Source: Williopsis jadinii (taxonomy: Eukaryota). From it: a DNA stretch of 64,000 nt. A model generated the notes under the pieces. It was given only the letters and a program-made list of their open reading frames with translations, ran no database searches and was not told the DNA's origin. The DNA lies in assembly GCA_024346625.1 (NCBI GenBank), contig AP024667.1, positions 1,054,001-1,118,000 on the forward strand, in the 5' to 3' direction. A program made the translations under genes and the position numbers. This document shows positions 22,042-31,929 of the stretch, in pieces (positions within the stretch are counted from its first letter, which is position 1; each line of letters opens with the position of its first letter).

Positions 22042-23223
22042 ATGAAGTTCGCCCAAATTCTTGTTGCAGCTGCTGCAGTTTCTGCTTTCAACGCTGGATT
22101 CCGCAAACCAAAGAAATCAAAACATGTTGAGCCAACGTCTACTTTGACTTTGACTTTCACTTCAACGTCTGAAGAGATTGTTACTTCTAAACACCATGAG
22201 AAGCCATCTCATACTAAGAAGGTGAAAACATCCACAACGCTAGAGCCAACGCTAACCAGTGAAGAGACCACTCCATGTGAAGAGACTACTACTGAAGAGG
22301 AAATTACTACTGAAGAGACCACTCCATGTGAAGAGACTACTACTGAAGAGACCACTCCATGTGAAGAGACTACTACTGAAGAGGAAATTACTACTGAAGA
22401 GGAAACCACTCCATGTGAAGAGACCACCACTGAAGAGGAAACCACCCCTTGTGAGGAGACTATCACATCTACAAGTGCAGAGGAAGAGACCATCACATTA
22501 ACCAGCACGGAGAAAGAAACCACTACAATAAGCAGTGCAAAGGAGACTACTCCGTGCGAAGAGACCACCACACGGGAGGAAACCACCACACAGGAGGAAA
22601 CCACCACACAAGAGGAAACCACCACACAGGAGGAAACCACCACACAGGAGGAAACCACCACACAGGAGGAAACCACCACACTTGAAGAGACTACTCCTTG
22701 TGAAGTTGAATCGACTTCTTCGGAGGAAGTTACCACTACTCTGACTTCGACATTGCTATTCACATCTACTTCTCTTGGTGAACCATCCACTGAGCTGTCT
22801 ACACACGATGAGACAACCATTCCACACGGACCATCTACTACTCAGGTCAAACCACCACATTCTTCTGCCCCAGTTGTTCCAGTTATCCCGGCCAACACTA
22901 CAGTTATCTCGGTTATTACATCCTGTGTACCAGGCTACCCATGTACTGGTCCATCTGCTCCATCTGCTCCATCTGCTCCATCTGCTCCATCTGCTCCATC
23001 TGCTCCATCTGCTCCATCTGTTCCAGTGCAGCCAGCAGTCCCTGGTGCTCCAAGTACTCCGTCTGGCCCAAGCACGCCAGAAGTTGTTCAAGTGTGCTCA
23101 GAAGGTCAACCATGTGAGGCTAACATCACAACACCTGTCGTTCCACCATTTACCGGTGCTGGTGTCCAACTGGCCGTTGCAAATGTTGCTGGTATCGCTG
23201 CCATTGTTGCCTTCTTGATTTAA
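22042..23223 (+). CDS. GPI-anchored cell wall protein with TTEEETTPCEE, TTQEE and PSA repeats
   Basis: ATG 22042 (MKFAQILV signal peptide), Glu/Thr-rich repeats, seven PSA units and a GPI signal after FTGAG. Confidence 0.85.
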   Translation: MKFAQILVAAAAVSAFNAGFRKPKKSKHVEPTSTLTLTFTSTSEEIVTSKHHEKPSHTKKVKTSTTLEPTLTSEETTPCEETTTEEEITTEETTPCEETTTEETTPCEETTTEEEITTEEETTPCEETTTEEETTPCEETITSTSAEEETITLTSTEKETTTISSAKETTPCEETTTREETTTQEETTTQEETTTQEETTTQEETTTQEETTTLEETTPCEVESTSSEEVTTTLTSTLLFTSTSLGEPSTELSTHDETTIPHGPSTTQVKPPHSSAPVVPVIPANTTVISVITSCVPGYPCTGPSAPSAPSAPSAPSAPSAPSAPSVPVQPAVPGAPSTPSGPSTPEVVQVCSEGQPCEANITTPVVPPFTGAGVQLAVANVAGIAAIVAFLI

Positions 23224-23361
23224 ATGTTGCAAACAATCCCTACAACTTGTTTAATCAACTTAACATTCTGCTTTTACTGATTGGTGTTAATCACCGTGTG
23301 TTATACTGTTTTGTCAATATTATTACTAATACAAAGAAAATGAGTAACAAAATATGTTTAC

Positions 23362-26157
23362 TTATATCGAACACGTAGTGGTTATAGTGTGATCTTTGAT
23401 CCCGCGTAAGAAGTAATTGTCTGGAAAGATCGATTCGAACTCATCAAAGATCATGTTTGAGTCAACTTGACCGTAAATGACGTCAACAGACGTCGTCGAG
23501 GGTGAGGAAGATGTCATGATATCCTCATTTGTGAAGTTCAATGTCATTTTACATTTATATCTGAGTCTTTTGTTGAAAATTGAAAGAAAAACCTGAATCC
23601 CATTATCAGATCTTCTCATTGAGGTAGGCCAAAATAATCCCATTTGGTACAGATCTTCTTCTAGCTGGATGATTCTATTGTATAGAGCAGCAGACTGTTT
23701 CAGATATTGTGAGAATTCCAATGATTTGTTCTTATCGTCAAACTTGGTCAAATATACCCGCGTAATATCGGAAGCAGTTTCTGGCAATTCGAGTTCTTTT
23801 TCATCTGTAGAAAAATTGTATGAAAGTTCCATCTTTGAGTTTGTAACCATCTTTAGAGTTGATCCCTGTAATGATTTGAGCTTTAATCCCGTCACAGACC
23901 CCAAAATGCGGAAATTTGAAGCCAATCTTAGAACTCTTGAGTACGGGTCCTCCGTATATCGAGCTACTAAATCTCTTTTCTGATTAACAGTTTCCTCCAT
24001 AGATGATGTATCAAATAGTCCACTTTCAAGTTTCTCTAATTGCAGTTGCAAAGTTTTTTCTTCAGCTTTTGCGCTTTCCAATTCATTGACCTCATTCAGT
24101 AGTCGTTTACGAGTTTGAATCAAAGACTCTCTTTCAGAGGACTCATATAGTCTCTTTTTCGTCTCAAGCGATTCAATATTGCTCTCTAATATCAAGTTTT
24201 CTTCTTTGAGAGATTCACAGAGCTCATCAGCTTGTACAAGCAAGTCGTTCAAAACATCACAATCTGATTTCAAGCTTCCTAAGTTTTTATCCAATCTCAG
24301 TTGAAGCTCGTCTAACAATTTTTCTCTCCATGAATACCACGATATCTCAGCCTGGTGATCAGAGTACTGTTTCATTTGTATTAGATGATCACCCAACTTT
24401 TTTTGCTGCTTCAGGCTTGAGGTTTCATAGTATTCACGAACAATTCTCGGATTCTCATCTGCAAACTCATCACTCAGGTTGTCGAACAGCAACTTCAACT
24501 CATTCATATTCTTCTGTAGTTCATCACAGCTGAAACTGTATAGTTCTAACCAGGGAACTTTAACATTCTTTGCAATAATAAAGTCTAAGAGACTTGCTGA
24601 CTTTGGATTCGAAAGTGGTTGAATCTCTGCTGTAAAGTCCTCATTTATGTTCAAATCATCGAAGAATTCGATTGAGAGATCACCAATAAATTGGTCCAAT
24701 GAGACTGGTTCATATTCTTCTGGGACCGGTTCAGAGTTTTCTCCATTTTCATGAGATGGAGCCAAAGGGACTTTTTGTGTCAAGCTGAATTCAATCTTAG
24801 TAGAACTTAAGGACTTTCTAGAACTTTGAGTGGAGGATCGGAGGGGTGTAAAAGAGGATTTTAATTCCTCTTGTGAGCTCACCTGAGATGATAGAACAGA
24901 TGAAACAGTTTCAAACGGAACTATTGAGCTCTGGCGGCCTTGTAGGGAATCTTTAATGGCAGGTTTTTTCTTTGGCGTGATAGAGTTCAACTTCGCTCTG
25001 AGATCCATTGTAACGTTATCATCATCCACATATTTTCTCTTTGATGATATAGGAGAGCCTGTTACAGAAGTATGGGATCTAATAGTCTTCAGAGGTGTAA
25101 CAGTGGCTCTCATAACATTTACCGGAGTAACAGATTGTTGCTGAATAGATCCGTCCAACATGTTCGTCTGGTCCATTGTCAACTCCATGTAATCGTCTTG
25201 ATGATGAGTAATTGACCCTAACGTTCTCGTTTGATCCATATTCATAATTTGATCTTCAACTTCTGGAGTTGTGTTTATTTTCCTGTTCAATAGTGTATTC
25301 TTCTTGGTGATTGGATCCTCTGTGCCAATACTGATCATTGTTGACTCCACCATAGATTCGTCGTCTGCTGTAGCGTCTGCCTCGGAAATATCCATTGGCA
25401 TTTCAATTGTTGAATTATTTCCAAGGTCCTCTAAGTCAGATTTCTCTTGTTGTGATAATGGTTGGGTAAGTTCCATCTCAACTTCTTCGCCATCATCTTC
25501 CTCGTCTTCGTCTTCGTCTGAGAACAGTGAAGTGATAGCTCCAAACGGTCTGGATTTCTCTGAGTACTTGGAATCACCTTGACCTTCTTCAGTATTGTGC
25601 TCCAGTGGCAATTCGTATTGCGCCATTTGTTGTATATTACCCAAAGGTTTAGTCAAATCCATTGTACTGTCCTCGTCATCTTGTTGCACATGTCCATCAT
25701 CTTGACCATCTTCATGAATCTTAAAAGCCAGTGCCCTCCTTGGGGAGGAGTACACATGGCTATCGTCCTCCATTTCAATATCCGAACTATCATAGAGGAT
25801 ATCTGGTTCGGTCCCTTCCTGCTTCTCCTTGTACAGGGCTACAGGAGCCATTTGTCTGGGAGTGTGTGGCACCACGGCAATTGTTTCTCTTCTTCTTGGA
25901 CGTTGGTCATCTTCATACAGCGACTGTGGAATCAAATCAATCTTGTGTAGAGTCACTTCTGGCGCAAAGGATACTCTTCTTTTATAGCTCTCCTTGGCTC
26001 CCAGTGACAATCTTCCAACTTTGGGATCCCTGATGGGGACGGTGAGGTTGTTGTCAGTTTCATTTCTGTACTTCAAGATTCCTCTAGCCAAAGAATCCCT
26101 ACGACCTGGAGTCTTCTCCGGGTTGACGTTCTCCTTTTCGTGATATTGCTCATCCAT
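23362..26157 (-). CDS. SPC105: Kinetochore scaffold Spc105/KNL1
   Basis: N-terminal GILK and RRVSF PP1-docking motifs, MELT-like repeats (MDLT, MELT, MDIS, MDQT) and a C-terminal Spc7 coiled-coil region (LELYSFSCDEL, WYSWR). Confidence 0.93.
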   Translation of the reverse strand: MDEQYHEKENVNPEKTPGRRDSLARGILKYRNETDNNLTVPIRDPKVGRLSLGAKESYKRRVSFAPEVTLHKIDLIPQSLYEDDQRPRRRETIAVVPHTPRQMAPVALYKEKQEGTEPDILYDSSDIEMEDDSHVYSSPRRALAFKIHEDGQDDGHVQQDDEDSTMDLTKPLGNIQQMAQYELPLEHNTEEGQGDSKYSEKSRPFGAITSLFSDEDEDEEDDGEEVEMELTQPLSQQEKSDLEDLGNNSTIEMPMDISEADATADDESMVESTMISIGTEDPITKKNTLLNRKINTTPEVEDQIMNMDQTRTLGSITHHQDDYMELTMDQTNMLDGSIQQQSVTPVNVMRATVTPLKTIRSHTSVTGSPISSKRKYVDDDNVTMDLRAKLNSITPKKKPAIKDSLQGRQSSIVPFETVSSVLSSQVSSQEELKSSFTPLRSSTQSSRKSLSSTKIEFSLTQKVPLAPSHENGENSEPVPEEYEPVSLDQFIGDLSIEFFDDLNINEDFTAEIQPLSNPKSASLLDFIIAKNVKVPWLELYSFSCDELQKNMNELKLLFDNLSDEFADENPRIVREYYETSSLKQQKKLGDHLIQMKQYSDHQAEISWYSWREKLLDELQLRLDKNLGSLKSDCDVLNDLLVQADELCESLKEENLILESNIESLETKKRLYESSERESLIQTRKRLLNEVNELESAKAEEKTLQLQLEKLESGLFDTSSMEETVNQKRDLVARYTEDPYSRVLRLASNFRILGSVTGLKLKSLQGSTLKMVTNSKMELSYNFSTDEKELELPETASDITRVYLTKFDDKNKSLEFSQYLKQSAALYNRIIQLEEDLYQMGLFWPTSMRRSDNGIQVFLSIFNKRLRYKCKMTLNFTNEDIMTSSSPSTTSVDVIYGQVDSNMIFDEFESIFPDNYFLRGIKDHTITTTCSI

Positions 26158-27109
26158 AGTTCTGTGCTTTTGCTCCTGCTTCTTCTCCTTCCCAAATCGC
26201 TATTCCCCTGTGGTAGAAGTATCAAAGAATCAAAACATTGGCCCTGAGTTGTTGATGTTGTTGTTTTTCTTTGTTTACAAACTCGAAATGTAAACAAAGC
26301 CAATGCGCCAAATTACCTGATCTGGCCATGTATCAGTGTCGCCACGACAACCAAAATGTTCCTATATTTTGTTAAATCACATGCTCTCAATTGATTTTAG
26401 CTGGTCAATACAATTGTAAATGTAGGATAAAGAAAGACGTAATTTGGCGATGCCTTAAGCGAACAAAAAAGGTTAGGGAGTTACCTTTCTCCCCTGGTTT
26501 CCCTCTGTTGTTTCCCTGCTCTGTGTTATGGTACACCAGAAGGCTATGGCTGGTGTTCGGATGTGACACTGTCCCAATATTCTACTTATCATATATCAGT
26601 TATTATGGAGACCAAATTGCTATTATTATTAGTACGATTCTAATCAGGATCACTCAACAATACCAATGGATATCTCACCACAAGGTCGATAGTCTACACT
26701 AAGCAACAGCTGGTGTGTTAGATGTATAATGCTTATGTATAATATAACCTTAAGTTATGTGAGTTGTAACTCTCTACATACATCAAATCAATTGCACGCC
26801 ACACAAAGGCTTGTTCATTATGGAAACAATAGAAGAAATACATGATGAAGTGCATGATGAAGTGCATGATGATACGCATGAATTAAACTAAAAATTGGCA
26901 ATATTACAGTACACAGAGAGACAGATTGTATGGTGAACAGCTATATCCCAGTTCAATTTAACTCAAACTCGTGCAGAGTGCGCTGCATATTTCACAAAAC
27001 CACAGTTACCATCAAGATAACGCGTTTAGATAGCAAGTGCACAAAAGCACTGTCTTGAATATTTAACTAGCTCTGAATCCTCAAAAATTGTTCTTCAACT
27101 CCTTCCACT

Positions 27110-29282
27110 CTTTCCCACAAATCCACAAATCACCAAAGATGGTAACAAAGGCTGATGGCCCTGTTGGAGTCTGTCCACCTCCTTCAAGGTTACCACCTGG
27201 GTACATCTTATGGTATACTGCCTAGTACAGCATCACTACTGGGAATACGTGAAGACTCTTGAGCAACGGTAGGACAAAGCAAGTTGACCAAACTTGCTTT
27301 GTATGGTCACTGCTTTGGCTGCTTTCCTTTTACCAGATCATTCATTTACAACAGTATGTATAAGGTACAAGGTCTACAGATGGTGAGGGCTCTACTAACT
27401 GGAGAGTTTGGACAGAGGGGTGGTACTTTTTGGGATGTCACCGTTTTGAGGTTTCACACAACATGTGATTCAGAAGTACGGTTGGGCTACTCTCAGATTT
27501 CGGGTTCATGATGCGACACTATCATTGGATGTTCAGTTGATCACACGAGATCTGTCCAGGCTGAAGGTTGTCTGAGGGGAGTCTGTCCAGCTTTCGTTAG
27601 ATGAGCTCAGTCTGAACTCAAGTGTGGTTGTCTTGACCGCTGTTGGTGATGGAAGATGGCTTCGAAGAAGTGCTGGAGATGAAGTCTTGGGTAACGACAT
27701 TGAGTCCGTCAGAAGTTGTCGACTGCGAGATTGTCAATCACATGAGATTGTTCAGGATGAAGATTGTCTGAGGGAAGTCTGTCCAGCTTTCGTTAGATGA
27801 GCTCAGTCTGAACTCGAGTGTGGTTGTCTTGACCGCTGTTGGTGATGGAAGATGGCTTCGAAGAAGTGCTGAAGATGAAGTCTTGGGAACGACATCGAGT
27901 CCGTCAGAAGTCGTCGACTGCGAGATTGTCAATCACACGAGGTTGGTTCAGATTGAAGGTTGTCTGAGGGAAGTCTGTCCAGCTTTCGTTAGATGAGCTC
28001 AGTCTGAACTCGAGTGTGGTTGTCTTGACCGCTGTTGGTGATGGAAGATGGCCTCGAAGAAGTGCTGAAGATGAAGTCTTGGGTAACGACTGCGAGTCCG
28101 TCAGAAGTTGTCGACTGCGAGATTGTCAATCACACGAGGTTTGTCCAGGCTGAAGGTTGTCTGAGGGAAGTCTGTCCAGCTCTCTTCAGATAGCCTTTAG
28201 CTAGACTCGAGTGTGGTTGCCATGATTGTTGTTGGTGATGGAAGATGGCCTCGAAGAAGTGCTGGAGATGAAGTCTTGGGTAACGACATCGAGTCCGTCA
28301 GAAGTCGTCGACTGCGAGATTGTCAATCACACGAGGTTGGTTCAGATTGAAGGTTGTCTGAGGGAAGTCTGTCCAGCTTTCGTTAGATGAGCTCAGTCTG
28401 AACTCAAGTGTGGTTGTCTTGACCGCTGTTGGTGATGGAAGCCTCAGCCCAAATGCGACACCAATGACTATCGATGTGCCTGGAGTTAGAGAGTTAGATA
28501 TTGTCCGCATATATCAACCCGAGCCATCCTGGAGGGATTACGTACAGATGCAGTTGTGCGGTATCCACCGGGATTGGTTCTCCATTTGTAGTTGTAGGCT
28601 GCCATTGCTTCTACCGTGCTGTTCAGATAGCTACCAACAATCTATGGAGCAGTCTTCTAACTTGAGAACTCAAGTATCGGGACCTCAAGACTCAGACTCC
28701 TCCATTGTTGTCAATAACTATCGAAACAGTTCTGGTAGAAGAGGCCAAAACAAAGAAGAGCGAAGTACGTTCACTTGAGTGTAGATTGGTAGGAGCAACA
28801 CACCAATATTGAGTGCATACAACCCAGTGGTCGTAGATGAAGACGATGATGGCTGTGCGGAACCGTAGAACAACTGCGTGTTAGGCGCTCTGAGTGTGAT
28901 TCGTCCGCTTGAGATAGATAGAGATTTAACAATTGAGATACTGAAGTTCCAGAGTCATTTGTAGAATTTTGACAAAGCACCATGGAATGTCCAGTAGGCG
29001 CCACTTGAAGCTCAATTTTGATAGTAGAGTTTGTTCTGGTGCTGTATCTACATATTAATAGTACACAACGCAGAGTGACTCACAGACCTGGTGAGTGTTC
29101 AAACAACAACGAGCATACAATGGAATTTGGATCTGGTGGTTGTATTGGCGTATCTGTGACAGTGGCGAGTTGGGTAAATAGATTGTGTTCCTATAAGAAG
29201 TATGTAGAGGGATTCTGACTAATGGCAGATGGAGAGTCCTTCCAGTAAATATCGTAGATAATGATAGGATCTGTTTAATCAT
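27110..29282 (-). pseudogene. Probable decayed Ser/Thr-rich cell-wall gene surrounding the 197-bp array
   Basis: Minus-strand fragments: a weak signal-peptide-like start (MIKQILSLSTIF, 29282), S/T/P-rich repeat translations, a TSESHV remnant resembling the flocculin TSCESHVC motif (~27460), and a GPI-like tail (EGGGQTPTGPSAFVTIFG, ~27140-27190). Many stops and frameshifts; boundaries approximate. Confidence 0.4.
27538..28441. repeat. Tandem array of about 4.6 units of 195-197 bp
   Basis: The anchor (CA)ATCACAYGAG recurs at ~27538, 27735, 27930, 28127 and 28324, with near-identical units. Confidence 0.95.
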
Positions 29283-29549
29283 CTCTTGCCAATAGCAAAG
29301 CAGTTAATTTCTTCTACTTTTGTTTCATTTGGATATAAACAGATTCAAGCGTCTTTTGGACCAATTTGATCAATTTAGCAATGGTCATATCTCATGGAAT
29401 ATTGAAGATTCCATGCTCATGTTAGGTGGACCTCTTGGTTAGAGGGTAAGCTACAGAGTGGTATAATTTATGTGGGTTTGGAAAGCAAAGGACTATTTTT
29501 ATTGGTAACATTCTAATAATGATCACAGAACTATACAAAGAATATATAT

Positions 29550-31690
29550 GATGCAAGTTGATCTGTAGTGTTTTGGTACGGTGAACGCGATTTGGTCCAT
29601 CGCTAACGCACCAGTAAATTTAAAATCACCGCTACCTTCGCGATCAACTTGCGCTGCGCGGTCCGTCGGGTTTCGACTTTAATGTTTGGTCCCTCGTTAA
29701 TAAAATGAAGATTTTGAAACTAACGAAATATACGCTTAGATAAGTTTCCTAAGACTGTAGCGTAAGATTTCGTATATGTAGTTGCAGGCGTGTATATGGT
29801 GTGAATATGTTAGAATGATACTAATCTGGGCTCTGTTAGTATGGAAAAGATTTGTCTCATCTTTTATTAATTAAAAGAGGGAATCTCATGGGTAAAAAAC
29901 ACTCTCTTGCAAATAGTAGTGATAAAAGTGGAGTCGCCTGTAGATTATTCCTTTATATGTACTGAGTTTGAAGTACGTTCTGCTGTTATTGCTTCTGGGC
30001 ACCAAGGCAACGCTTTAACCTCTGGTAATAGAGAAGTACGATCTTCTGAATCTGTTGGTGCTGTTGGTTCAACATTGGCAAATTCAACAACAGTCTCCTC
30101 TCTTGTTAATCCCATCTCTGTAATTTTCTGTTGAATGATTTCTCTAGCGGTATATAACAGCTGTGCATAGTGATTGTTTTGATATAGAAATCCACCAATT
30201 TTGCTAATTTAGTCCTCAAGTTTATTATATTCTTCATCGTTTTGAACACCTCTGAGCAATTCGAGATAGCGATTTGTAGTTAAGCCAGGAGCTAGTGTAC
30301 AAATTTCTTCCAACTTCTCTTGTCCATTCTCTTGAGCTATCATGCCATCAGCTCTATGGAACAAACTCCCGTTGATGGTCATTGAATGAGTTCTACCTCC
30401 CGAATCACCAGTACTTTTGGAGCCCAAGAATGGTATTAATTGTTCGAGAATATTTGGACGTGATTGGATCCAATAAGACATCCAAGGTGTACTGTGGAGG
30501 CTCTTTGAATATCTCACCAAGCAAAAATTTGCCCCTGTCACAACAAAAAGATGGTAACTCAGTGTCGATGAGGAGAGCATGGCAATAATCACAACACTTT
30601 TCAACACAACCTGGATTTAACCCCAAGTTATGTGGTCTCCGTGGTCTCCATTGTTGTTGTTCATAAACTGGGTTATCATTCTCATGAAAACCGTTGGTGT
30701 CATCCTCAATGATGTATTCAAAGTTGGAATCATAATCAAAGGCACCATCAAGTCTAATTTCTTCTAACGCTCTTTCTGCTACCTGTGCTGCGTTTCTTCG
30801 TCTATCTCTTATTCTATCGGCCATAGTTCCATTATCCAGTTCAGGTTCAGGTATTGGCTGCTGTTGTACTAAATCTGTGATCTCTGCATGGGTATTCTGT
30901 GATAGACCTTGAAGGTTTCCTGGTTCCATACCTTGCTCTCATACCAGCTCAGTCTGTCTGTCTCAATAACTGCAGAGTCTTCCTGTTGTGTATTACCACC
31001 ATTCGTTTGAAGTTGCCGCTGAGGTTCTGGCTTAGCCGCTGATGCTTCTTCACCAAGCTGAGGACGTCGTTGGAAGGTTCCAATGAGCGTCCTTTGGAGT
31101 TTTTTTTGGTTGTCACCCAGCCATTCTTCTTTTACTTGCTTAATCTTTAGTTTCTGGCCATTGTTTGGTGATGTTTTCAACGTTGTGTAGAAAGCTGTAT
31201 TTGTTTTGTGTCATTTTGTGTTGATAAGAATTCAAAATGTAGACGATGCAGTGGAAATTGGAAACATCCTAACATTTTTCCTATTGCTTGGCCAACGAAG
31301 AATCAGAATTGCATTATATATATAATGCAACACGTTGTGATTTATCTTCAAACAACCATTGATCCAATCAAGCTCAAAGCCAGCATATATGATGAAGTTC
31401 TTTTGTTTTCCTCGTCAGTTCTCCTAATGTTTGTTTTGTTGCTGAGATATAAGCACATTTATGTGTGTTTTTATTGATTATGCCATACAAACTATGAATG
31501 GTTATATCTCAGAAAGTAATGTAGGTAACATGATCATGCTTTGTATACCTCTTAATTAATGTAAGCACTACATTGTGGTATAATTTGGGGAAATTTGAAG
31601 GGGGTTTGCTATTTTTATTAGTATCATTCTACTAATAATTATCACATAGCTATACAAAAATATATATATATATATTATATAAAAGGACCA
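29550..31690 (-). mobile_element. Helitron-like (rolling-circle) element relic, copy 1, internally deleted
   Basis: Frameshifted minus-strand ORFs contain CDYCHALLIDTELPSFCCDRGK, YSRTINTILG, MTINGSLFHR, ENGQEKLEEICTL, NHYAQLY and FYHYYLQ. These are collinear with the N-terminal region of Helitron RepHel proteins (CxxC..CCxxGK; IRxYN; GxxYHRIG; PKFAQLYIYD; NPY). No intact HUH or helicase domain seen. Confidence 0.72.
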
Positions 31691-31929
31691 GAGTTGAATA
31701 TATTGTTGTAATGCTAAGTTTTACTGTTTGGTTCCTTTGACGGAGACTGCTGTGATAAGCAACATGAGATCAGAGCAAACCCGTGAAGCTTTGATAGCAG
31801 AGTCGTGAGTACTTTGATACTGCTCATAACCATAGTACCATTCTCGCAAAAATTAGCTTATTGGCCTGTTCATATGGTTACATTGCCCATTGTTACAAAT
31901 GTACGCCAATCAGAGATACACAAGAGGGA

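Noticed and set aside
26841..26880. CATGATGAAGTG x3 microrepeat
   Set aside because: A short isolated slippage repeat with no supporting context.
27538..28441. CRISPR-like array or hammerhead ribozyme repeats
   Set aside because: The context is eukaryotic, units are contiguous with no unique spacers, and I found no CUGANGA...GAAA core in either orientation.
29385..31670. LTR retrotransposon interpretation of the flanking direct repeats
   Set aside because: No TG...CA ends, primer-binding site or gag/pol motifs were found, and the internal peptides resemble Helitron Rep.
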